The position numbers and the translations under genes are program-made. A model generated the notes under the pieces. The model was given only the letters and a program-made list of their open reading frames with translations, ran no database searches and was not told the DNA's origin. Shown piece after piece: positions 9,983-18,728 of a stretch of DNA of 64,000 nucleotides (the stretch's first letter is position 1; every line of letters begins with the position of its first letter). This DNA is from an uncultured Chloroflexia bacterium (GTDB lineage Bacteria > Chloroflexota > Dehalococcoidia > DSTF01 > JACRBR01): NCBI GenBank assembly GCA_963701135.1, contig OY969567.1, forward strand, positions 2,113,847 through 2,177,846, written 5' to 3'.

Positions 9983-10000
9983 GGCCGGCGATCGCCGGCC
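9983..10000. terminator. perfect 18-bp palindrome between convergent genes (putative bidirectional terminator)
   Basis: ggccggcgatcgccggcc followed by ttctcttcg. It lies between the ADH stop (9950) and the stop of the minus-strand lipoprotein gene (10014). Confidence 0.45.
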
Positions 10001-10013
10001 TTCTCTTCGTCCG

Positions 10014-10709
10014 TCATTCCGCGGGGGTCTCCGTCGCGTCCGGTGGTACAGCCGGCTCCGGCGTGCCAGTCGCCGACGGCGTGCCCGCAGGGGCGACGAG
10101 GAACGACCGCACGCGGTCGCCCGCGACGAGCTCGAGCGCCTGCTCGCACTCGCGCTCGAACCAGGCCACGCGTCCGTCTTTGACGTGCAAGGCGAGGGCT
10201 GCCGGGGCGCCGTCCGGCCGCGCGCCCACCAGGAGCACGATGACATGCTGGGCGCCGAAACCGCTGCCGAACGTCTCATCGGTGTCGTCCGGCTCATACA
10301 CAGCGAACAGCTTGACGTCGCCCGCCGACAGCGCGGCCCGGTACGCATCGGGCACTTGTTCCGGCCGCACCCACGTCCGGTCGCACGCGGACGACGCGAG
10401 CACTTCCACCTCGTCTCCGGACGATTCGTTGTCACGGCAGCGCGGAACATCGGTCCCATCTTCGGCATCAAGATCGCAGGCGACGTGCTGGTAGCCGGTG
10501 AGCGCGGCAAGCTCGATCACGTCCTTCGCCTCCGCCGCGGCGATGAGGTGGTCGACCTCGGCGATGCCGGTGAGGGTGCGTGCAGTGAGCGTGACCTGCG
10601 GCACAGGCACGGTGCGGACCGTCGTCGTCGTGCCGCCACCGCCGCCGCACGCGGCGACGGCCGCGCCCGCGACGGCGACGGCGGCGAGGGCGGCGGTCTT
10701 CATGTTCAT
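10014..10709 (-). CDS. hypothetical lipoprotein
   Basis: Intact 231-aa ORF. It has a signal peptide plus lipobox (MKTAALAAVAVAGAAVAACGGGGG). I recognise no family. Confidence 0.5.
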   Translation of the reverse strand: MNMKTAALAAVAVAGAAVAACGGGGGTTTTVRTVPVPQVTLTARTLTGIAEVDHLIAAAEAKDVIELAALTGYQHVACDLDAEDGTDVPRCRDNESSGDEVEVLASSACDRTWVRPEQVPDAYRAALSAGDVKLFAVYEPDDTDETFGSGFGAQHVIVLLVGARPDGAPAALALHVKDGRVAWFERECEQALELVAGDRVRSFLVAPAGTPSATGTPEPAVPPDATETPAE

Positions 10710-10773
10710 GTGACTCCTTGGGTGCGGAGCGGACGAAGATTCGAGACAGTATGGGCATGCGGATGGCGAGCGA

Positions 10774-10798
10774 AAAGCCCCTCGGCGTCGAGGGGCTT
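10774..10798 (-). terminator. intrinsic terminator downstream of the ferredoxin gene
   Basis: On the minus strand: aaagcccctcg-acgc-cgaggggcttt followed by tcgctcg. The stem is 11 bp. Confidence 0.5.
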
Positions 10799-10823
10799 TA
10801 CATGTCGCAACCTGAGAGGCCGT

Positions 10824-11324
10824 TCAGCCGGCCGAGGCCTCGGCGAGCTCTTTCACTTCCTCGCCCTCCTCTTCGGGCCACGCGCGCTTCTTGAGCATCT
10901 CGCGCGGGGGGTCGATATAGACGGCGCCCCAGCCGCACGCGTCCTCGCACAGACGGCAGCCGGTGCACTTCTTCTCGTTCAGCACGGCGATGCCGAAGAA
11001 GTCGCCGACGGTGCGCTCCGGCTCGCCGAGGCTGAGCGCGTCGAACGGGCAGATCTGGATGCACAGCTCGCAACCGCTGCCGATGCAGTTGTCCTCGACC
11101 ACGATCGCCTTCGGCCACTCCTTGCGGGGGAACGTCTTGCAGACGTCGCCGAGCTCGTCGAGGATGGCCTCGGGCGGACAGACGACGCCGCAGGCGCCGC
11201 ATTCGATGCAGAGGTTGGGGTCGATGACGTGCACGACATTGCGCGAGCCGGTGATCGCGTCCGTCGGGCAGCGCTTCGTACACGCCGTGCAGCCGATGCA
11301 GGTATCGATGATCGTGTAGGACAC
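10824..11324 (-). CDS. 4Fe-4S poly-ferredoxin (four Cys clusters)
   Basis: Motifs present: CIGCTACTKRCP, CIECGACGVVCP, CIGSGCELCIQICP and CTGCRLCEDAC. A GTG start at 11324 lies 7 nt after GGAG. Confidence 0.8.
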   Translation of the reverse strand: MSYTIIDTCIGCTACTKRCPTDAITGSRNVVHVIDPNLCIECGACGVVCPPEAILDELGDVCKTFPRKEWPKAIVVEDNCIGSGCELCIQICPFDALSLGEPERTVGDFFGIAVLNEKKCTGCRLCEDACGWGAVYIDPPREMLKKRAWPEEEGEEVKELAEASAG

Positions 11325-11574
11325 GCGGTACTCCTCGAGGCGCGAGCGCGGGGCCCGCGCGGGATGTTCGATCTCGGCCTCGGAGCGGCAGTTTCGCAAG
11401 TGATTGCTTGTGAAACTCCGCACCTGAGTATAGGGGTGCCGGACTCGCACCGGCAAGCCAACGGCCGGCTGTCGCCGACGACCTGCTGCGCTGACCGGCT
11501 AGACCTGCGCCCTACCGGCCGGGCTTGCGAAACCACACTCTTCGCCTAGCGCCGAGTGACTTCGCGGGTTTACA

Positions 11575-12438
11575 TTGACGCAAGAAATGGAGGATGCAAC
11601 GAAAGCTGCATTAGAGGTACGAGCTCGGGATCGGCGCAGAGTCATGCCCGTCGTCCGGTATCCCGGCGGCAAGCAACGGCTCATAGCCTTCCTCAGTGGC
11701 TTTCTTCCGAAGCCTAGCCAAGTCACAGGGCGGTATATGGAACCGTTCGTGGGCAGCGCGGCCGTATTCCTACACGTTCGTCCACGTAAGGCAACGCTGT
11801 CGGACACAAATCCCGAACTCATCGATCTGTATCTTGGCATCAAGAAGAGCCCGACCGGCGTTTGGCGGGCGTATTCGGGGTTCAAGAACACAAAGCGTGA
11901 GTATCTTCGGGTTCGAAAACTGGATCCGGTCCGACTCGACCTGGTCGATCGCGCAGCACGGCTTCTCTACCTGAACCGCACGTGTTTCAAGGGGAACTGG
12001 CGACACAACCGAAAAGGTGAATTCAACGTCGGGTACGGAGGTCAGTCCCGGCGCTGGGTCCTTAGCGAGGACTATCTCACCGGTGTATCGCGCGCCCTGC
12101 GTAGGGCTGTGATTGAGTGCGGCGACTTCGAGGAGATGATCGACCGGGCCGAGCCTGGGGACTACCTCTTCCTCGATCCCCCTTACCGGCCAGGAGAACG
12201 CGAGCTATTGCACATTCACTATCACGCAAAGCGGTTCGCTTTTGATGACCACCGGAGACTAGCCGCCGCATTGAGACGCGCGGACCGCCGGGAGGTGGAG
12301 TGGTGCCTGACAACTTCGGGGCACGCGGATATTCGACGATTGTTCCGCGGATACCAGATTGAGGAAATACCGAATCGCGGCAAGCAAGGCGCGAGCTCAG
12401 GAGAGGTCTTGGTCTTATCGAAACGGGGACGTAGATGA
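11575..12438 (+). CDS. dam: Dam-family DNA N6-adenine methyltransferase
   Basis: Intact 287-aa ORF with ..VVRYPGGKQRLI.., motif I EPFVGSAAVF and catalytic DPPY (12175-12186). The stop overlaps the next gene's ATG. Confidence 0.9.
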   Translation: MTQEMEDATKAALEVRARDRRRVMPVVRYPGGKQRLIAFLSGFLPKPSQVTGRYMEPFVGSAAVFLHVRPRKATLSDTNPELIDLYLGIKKSPTGVWRAYSGFKNTKREYLRVRKLDPVRLDLVDRAARLLYLNRTCFKGNWRHNRKGEFNVGYGGQSRRWVLSEDYLTGVSRALRRAVIECGDFEEMIDRAEPGDYLFLDPPYRPGERELLHIHYHAKRFAFDDHRRLAAALRRADRREVEWCLTTSGHADIRRLFRGYQIEEIPNRGKQGASSGEVLVLSKRGRR

Positions 12439-14396
12439 TGAAGAACTTCTTCCAAGATGCCGAGATGCAGGATCACCCGCTTCGAGCCCTCCGGGAGTTT
12501 ATGGAGGCAGAGGCTTCGTATGAACTAGCCAAACAATGGGAGAAGATGCGGTTTGTGGGATACGTTCTCGAAATTGGCTACGACACGGCTACGATCATTA
12601 CGTCTGACCCGTACAAGGTCAGCGTGGGGGGCGTTCCACACAACTCGCTGTTGATCATGGTCCCGGCTATCACGGCGGACAACATGACGCCCCATTTTAC
12701 CGTGCTTCGTGTTGCGGCCGCCGCGCCGACGCCGCTTAGCCGCGACGTACAGCAGACGTACTTCGAGCTACAGAAGAAATCCATGCCCGAACTCGATGTG
12801 TTCACTCAAAGTGAGCTTCAGTGGGGCGCTTTGAGCACGAACGTGCTCGGCATGTTCTACCCAAACCCCTCCGTGAACAACCAAGTGGAGTTCTCGGGCA
12901 ACGTCAACAACTTTGTGAGCGCTCACAAGTACAAGGTGTACGCTCCGGACGACAAGCTCCTGGACCTAATCACGAACGCCCTGGTGCCAACCGAGAATCG
13001 CTTCTGTCTCGGAAAGCTCCGCATGACCGAATGCAGGCTCCCGCTGCCCCAGACCGTACCGCCCGATGTGGACGTGACCGTTTCTACTCGCGATTTCATG
13101 GGCGCTCGGACTGCGTTGTTCGGCAAAACGAGGTTGGGGAAGAGCAACGTGGTGAAGTTGATCGCGGAGAGCCTCATCGAGACGACGAAAGAGGGACGGA
13201 ACGTCGGCCAAGTCATCTTTGATATCAACGGCGAATACGCGAACAACAACCCGTGGGACAACAGTTCATCGCTGCGAAGCGCCTATCCCGATCGGTGCAC
13301 CGTGTATGCGTTGACGCCAAAACCGTTGACGCCGTCTAAGCCACTGAAGTTGAACTTCTACGAGCATCCAGAGCGAGCGCATCGTATTCTCGGTGACCTT
13401 CTCGCGGGTGCGGGGCGCACGAGCATTTATATCAAGGCGTTTGCGACCGCCGCGATCCCGTCTATCGCAGAACTGGGCAACTTGGCGGTCGGCGAGAAGC
13501 TGCGAGCCACCAGAAGAATTCTGATGTACTGGGCGATCCTAAAGAAGGCGGGGTATGTCGAACCCGCGAGCTTGTCGTTGCCGATCGACCCGGGATACAA
13601 GGCGGCGCTTAGGCAAGCCATATATGGCGGTGCGACGCCACCGGTCATCACGACGTTAAACGAGCTCCGCGTCGAGTTTGAGAAGATCCAAGACTTTATG
13701 AGGTCGAACGCGAATTCGCCACTACTTCAATCGACAGGCAGCGGCGGCGCACTATTCGACAGCGACGAGAAAGTCCTGCTCGAGTTCCTTAAGCCGACAA
13801 CCGGCGCGGGGCCCACGGTCATTCAACCTTTTAGAAAGTATCACGACGTGAACGCCGGGAACTTTATACATGAGATCATCGAGCTAATCGATGTTGGAAG
13901 AACAGTAATTCTTGATCTAGGTAATGCGAATGAAGAAGTAATGAAGTATTTCTCAGAAGAACTTTCCGCCGAGATCTTCAATCACCAGGTGGAACGATTC
14001 ACGGCCAACGACCTCGGCGACCACTACGTACAGCTCTATTTCGAGGAGGCCCACAATCTCTTCCCGTCTGAAGAGCGTGACACGATTGACATCTACCGCC
14101 GGTTGGCGAAGGAGGGTGCCAAGTACCACATCGGGATGGTCTACGCGACGCAGTCTGTAACGAGCATTAACCGCGACCTCCTCGGACAAACGGAGAACTA
14201 CTTTGTCGCTCACCTGTCCTCGCAGGACCAAGTGAACGCGTTAGGACGTGTTAACGTCGCGTTCGAGAGCGTTAAAGAAGATATTCTGCGGGCGCAGACG
14301 CCCGGCTATGTCAGAGCGCTAACGAAGTCTCATCGCTTTGTCATTTCGATGCAGGCGAATCGTTTCATGCCGACCATAGCTCCGGCAACGCCGTGA
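12435..14396 (+). CDS. HerA/FtsK-clade (DUF87-like) P-loop ATPase
   Basis: Intact 653-aa ORF. It has an N-terminal barrel-like VGYVLEIGYDTATIITSD, Walker A FGKTRLGKSN, Walker B-like VQLYFEEAHNLF, and ..GAKYHIGMVYATQSVTSINRDLL..YFVAHLSS.., typical of HerA-like hexameric ATPases. Confidence 0.8.
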   Translation: MMKNFFQDAEMQDHPLRALREFMEAEASYELAKQWEKMRFVGYVLEIGYDTATIITSDPYKVSVGGVPHNSLLIMVPAITADNMTPHFTVLRVAAAAPTPLSRDVQQTYFELQKKSMPELDVFTQSELQWGALSTNVLGMFYPNPSVNNQVEFSGNVNNFVSAHKYKVYAPDDKLLDLITNALVPTENRFCLGKLRMTECRLPLPQTVPPDVDVTVSTRDFMGARTALFGKTRLGKSNVVKLIAESLIETTKEGRNVGQVIFDINGEYANNNPWDNSSSLRSAYPDRCTVYALTPKPLTPSKPLKLNFYEHPERAHRILGDLLAGAGRTSIYIKAFATAAIPSIAELGNLAVGEKLRATRRILMYWAILKKAGYVEPASLSLPIDPGYKAALRQAIYGGATPPVITTLNELRVEFEKIQDFMRSNANSPLLQSTGSGGALFDSDEKVLLEFLKPTTGAGPTVIQPFRKYHDVNAGNFIHEIIELIDVGRTVILDLGNANEEVMKYFSEELSAEIFNHQVERFTANDLGDHYVQLYFEEAHNLFPSEERDTIDIYRRLAKEGAKYHIGMVYATQSVTSINRDLLGQTENYFVAHLSSQDQVNALGRVNVAFESVKEDILRAQTPGYVRALTKSHRFVISMQANRFMPTIAPATP

Positions 14397-14464
14397 AGTG
14401 AAACAGCAGTGAGGCGTTAAGGAGATGAGACATGCCGTATGAAGCTGGCTCACGGTTGCCGGGA

Positions 14465-14583
14465 TGACCTGCCCCCCGAAAACTGGTCCAGTCTAAATGA
14501 GAGTCCTCCGGGATAATGGCCCTGGCGACAGGGCAAGGAGGACCCATGCGGAAGAGCCGGTTCACGGAGGAACAGATCGTCAC
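14465..14583 (+). mobile_element. 119-bp fragment of the orfA-proximal end (IRR end) of the adjacent IS, in inverted orientation
   Basis: It is the exact reverse complement of 15687-15805. It starts with the IS end TGACCTGCCCCCC and includes the orfA RBS plus 12 codons. Confidence 0.85.
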
Positions 14584-14612
14584 TGACCTGCCCCCGATCT
14601 TTGGTCCACTCA

Positions 14613-15461
14613 TTATGAGAGTCCGACCGGGTCTTTCCGCTCTGTGATGCTGCGCCTGAACTCCTCCGGCGTCCTGTTCTGCAGCGAGCTGTGCGGGCGC
14701 TCGCGATTGTACTCCACCCTCCAGGTTTCGATCTTCTCTCGTGCATCCCAGATCGTCGTGAACCAGTGCTCGTTGAGACACTCGTCACGAAATTTGTCGT
14801 TGAAGCTTTCGGCGAAGCAGTTCTGCACGGGCTTTCCCGGCTCGATGAAGTGCAGCCGCACACCGCGTGCATAGGCCCACTGGTCGAGCGCCTTGCTCGT
14901 CAGCTCAGGCCCGTTGTCCATGATGATCGTCTGCGGCGCCTGGCCGCGCTCATCGATAATCCGATCCAGCACGCGGCCGACGCGCACGCCGGAAAGCGAC
15001 GTGTCCACTTCGATGCCGAGCGCTTCCCTGGTGCAGACATCGAGGACATTCAACGTGCGAATCCGACGGCCCCACCAGAGTTGATCGTGCACAAAGTCCA
15101 GGCACCACACCTCGTCCGGGCGCTGCGGCCGCGGCGCCGGCGTGCGGGCCACGCTTGTCGTCCGTTTGCGCTTCTTCCGCCGTAGGCTGAGTCCTTCTTC
15201 CCGGTAGATCCGCTCCACGCACTTGTGATTCACGCACACCCCCTCCCGCCGCAGCAGCACGTGCAGCCGCCGGTAGCCGTAGCGCCGCTTCTGGGCCGCC
15301 AGCTCGCGTAGCCGCGTGCGGATCGGTCCCTCTGCGCGCCCGTGTCCCTGATAGCGGGCCGTCGAACGATGCATGGTGAGCAGCCCGCAGGCACGGCGCT
15401 GAGACAGCCCCCGTTCCCCTTCAAGGAAAAGAACGGCGACCCTCCGCACCGCGGGCTTCAC
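14613..15461 (-). CDS. IS3-family transposase OrfB (DDE/rve integrase core)
   Basis: 282-aa ORF with ..WCLDFVHDQLWWGRRIRTLNVLDVCTRE.. and ..IIMDNGPELTSKALDQWAYARGVRLHFIEPGKPVQNCFAESFNDKFRDECLN.., a typical rve domain. Confidence 0.9.
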   Translation of the reverse strand: MKPAVRRVAVLFLEGERGLSQRRACGLLTMHRSTARYQGHGRAEGPIRTRLRELAAQKRRYGYRRLHVLLRREGVCVNHKCVERIYREEGLSLRRKKRKRTTSVARTPAPRPQRPDEVWCLDFVHDQLWWGRRIRTLNVLDVCTREALGIEVDTSLSGVRVGRVLDRIIDERGQAPQTIIMDNGPELTSKALDQWAYARGVRLHFIEPGKPVQNCFAESFNDKFRDECLNEHWFTTIWDAREKIETWRVEYNRERPHSSLQNRTPEEFRRSITERKDPVGLS

Positions 15462-15724
15462 CAGTTTCGCGAGGCCACCTCTTTGAGGGCGTCGATGTCC
15501 AGCGCCTGATTGGCGACGAGCTTCTTCAGCCGCCGATTCTCATCCTCCAGGGTCTTCAGGCGCTGCGCGTCGGGCACGCTCATGCCGCCGTACTTCGCCT
15601 TCCAGCGGTACAGCGTCTGCGCGCCGATGCCGAGGCGCCGGCAGAGCTCCTGCGTCGGCGTCCCTGCCTCGTGCTCTTTGATCGCCGTGACGATCTGTTC
15701 CTCCGTGAACCGGCTCTTCCGCAT
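15458..15724 (-). CDS. IS3-family transposase OrfA (HTH)
   Basis: MRKSRFTEEQIVTAIKEHEAGTPTQELCRRLGIGAQTLYRWKAKYGG..LKKLVANQALDIDALKE. AAGGAGG lies upstream of ATG 15724. Confidence 0.85.
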   Translation of the reverse strand: MRKSRFTEEQIVTAIKEHEAGTPTQELCRRLGIGAQTLYRWKAKYGGMSVPDAQRLKTLEDENRRLKKLVANQALDIDALKEVASRNW

Positions 15725-15834
15725 GGGTCCTCCTTGCCCTGTCGCCAGGGCCATTATCCCGGAGGACTCTCATTTAGACTGGACCAGTTTTCGGGGGGCA
15801 GGTCAGGGAGAACACGCCAGTCGATTGGGCCACC

Positions 15835-17080
15835 TTGACGTTCCTGAAAAGTCCCCTAGTGAGAAAACTGTGCGAGAGCTTCGAAGACACCGCCGCGCAT
15901 GGCAGGATTCCACCGGCGTCCTGGGAGTTGCCGCCGATGGGTACGCCGCTCCCTCTGGTATTCGCGGTAGACGGGTCGCTGCAGATCATAGAAAACGAGC
16001 TACCACCGCATAAGACGTTGGCGTTCGTGAAGACAGCGCTGTTGCGAGTGGACCGAGTGGCCCTCGCGGCAATCGATCCCCTGATGCCTCACCCGCTGGC
16101 AATGCGTGAGCTGCTGGCCGATTCGGCGATGTACCACGCCACGGCGTTCCCGATGCGGCACGTAGCAGTAGCAGGAATGACGGTTTATGACGCCGTTCGT
16201 CAGGTGATATTCGAGTCCGTGAAGGACCCGACTCTTCAGGGCGAGGTCATGGAAACTCTCAAGTGGCTGGCCTACGAGAAATGGGACGGGCAATCGAAGA
16301 GTTTGCCTCCGTTCCAGTGCCCGCACTGCGATGACAGTACGTCCATGTCATTCGATAACGAATTAGGTCCTTGCGATAGCTGTGGTAAGGATGTCTTTCT
16401 GACTGACATGCTTGGCTTCCATCTCGAGATGGCTGACGACGCCGCGCCGAACAGCATCGCTGGTTCGTACATGCTTGTGCACGAAACTCTAATGCTGTTC
16501 ACCGGCGTGCGGTACTTCTGGGAACAGAACAGATCTCTGCTTTCGGATTGTCTGTTCTTGAAGGACGGTCCGCTGGCTATTCGAGCTCAGTATTCCAAGC
16601 TCGTCGCGCCAATTCGTCGCTTCTTCGAAGCCGCCAGGTTCCGCAGGCGTCGAGGTGTGCATGGTGGGGCAAGAGAAAACCGGAGCCTTCGTGGAGCACT
16701 TGAACCTTATCGGACCTCACGGGCCTGATCACGGTATCTTTCTTCCGGGCCACGACTATATCCGCTCGGAAGTGCAACATCGACCAATCGCCGGCGACCC
16801 ATACGGTCTATACACCAACTATGGTGCGAAGGTATTCACGCGGTTCTCCGAAAGACATCAAGCTGTCCTGACGATCCCGACGGGCAAACACCTTCGCGAC
16901 CCCGCTTCGAGCGATCTCATCGGCGCGGCTCGGATCTTCGCGACGCTACCGGCTCTATTGAGTAGCCGGTTCGAAGGAGGACTGTTCCCGATTGAGCTGG
17001 CCAACAACGTAGCGTCTCTGTCTACCTACCCGTCGGCGAAGGTTCTAGCCCTTTTTGCTCAGGCCGCTGCTACGCATTGA
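15835..17080 (+). CDS. NurA-like nuclease with Zn-ribbon insert; 5-prime end displaced by the IS and +1 frameshift near 16639
   Basis: ORFs 15835..16728 and 16655..17080 join if one T at about 16639 is removed (..RRFFEAAR/SAGVEVCMVGQEKTG..). NurA-like motifs are VFAVDGS, YMLVHETL, LFLKDGPL, GQEKTG and FPIELANNVASLS. The Zn-ribbon reads CPHC..CDSC. Confidence 0.6.
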
Positions 17081-17245
17081 AGTCTGGCCCGCAAGGGGGT
17101 GCAGTTTCAGGAGTCTCGATCTACTAACCCGGCAAGCCGACGGCCGCCGAGATCGAGCGGCCGCACCGGCCAGTTCCCCTATTCGGCGGCGGTGCACTCC
17201 CTCGGACCGCAGATTCGGCCGATACAAGAGCGGGAGGACGCTGCC

Positions 17246-18547
<1,302 letters not shown>

Positions 18548-18553
18548 GCGGGA

Positions 18554-18725
18554 GTCTGTCGGTCGGTCAGTCTTTCAGTAGGTCAGGTCACGGCTTGCGC
18601 CGCCACTCACCCACATCCACCCCGACCTCACCCCGGCCTTCGGCCACCCCTCTCCACGGGTGTGGAGAGGGGCGCGTAGTGGTCATTGGTTTCTGACCGA
18701 CTGACACCCTGACCGACTGACAGAC
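18554..18725. repeat. 172-bp nested palindromic (MITE/REP-like) element between convergent gdh and pyrK
   Basis: The outer imperfect inverted arms are built from GTCAGTCGGTCAG-like units (18554-18587 and 18693-18725). They enclose a perfect 11-bp stem cccctctccac/gtggagagggg (18647-18672). Confidence 0.6.
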
Positions 18726-18728
18726 CCC

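Larger units (their letters stand above)
14584..15805 (-). mobile_element. IS3-family insertion sequence, IS407-group (1222 bp)
   Basis: The imperfect terminal inverted repeats both begin TGACCTGCCCCC (14584.. and the reverse complement of ..15805). The orfA/orfB layout overlaps as GTGA. A 4-bp direct repeat GGGA lies at 14461-14464 and 15806-15809. Confidence 0.9.

Noticed and set aside
11457-11574. Promoter for the dam-ATPase operon (TTGCGA ... candidate -10)
   Set aside because: Only a weak -35-like hexamer is present, with no convincing -10 at proper spacing. It is not supportable without transcript data.
14546-14647. 33-aa chimeric ORF (MRKSRFTEEQIVT + read-through into IRL) created by the truncated orfA fragment
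   Set aside because: It is an accidental by-product of the IS junction. It is short, has no conservation argument and cannot be supported as a gene.
15440-15500. Canonical A6G-type programmed -1 frameshift site at the IS orfA/orfB overlap
   Set aside because: No A-AAA-AAG-like slippery heptamer is visible in the overlap (..CTCAAAGAGGTGGCCTCGCGAAACTGGTGAAGCCC..). The fusion mechanism therefore cannot be asserted from the sequence, and orfB may simply start at the overlapping GTG.
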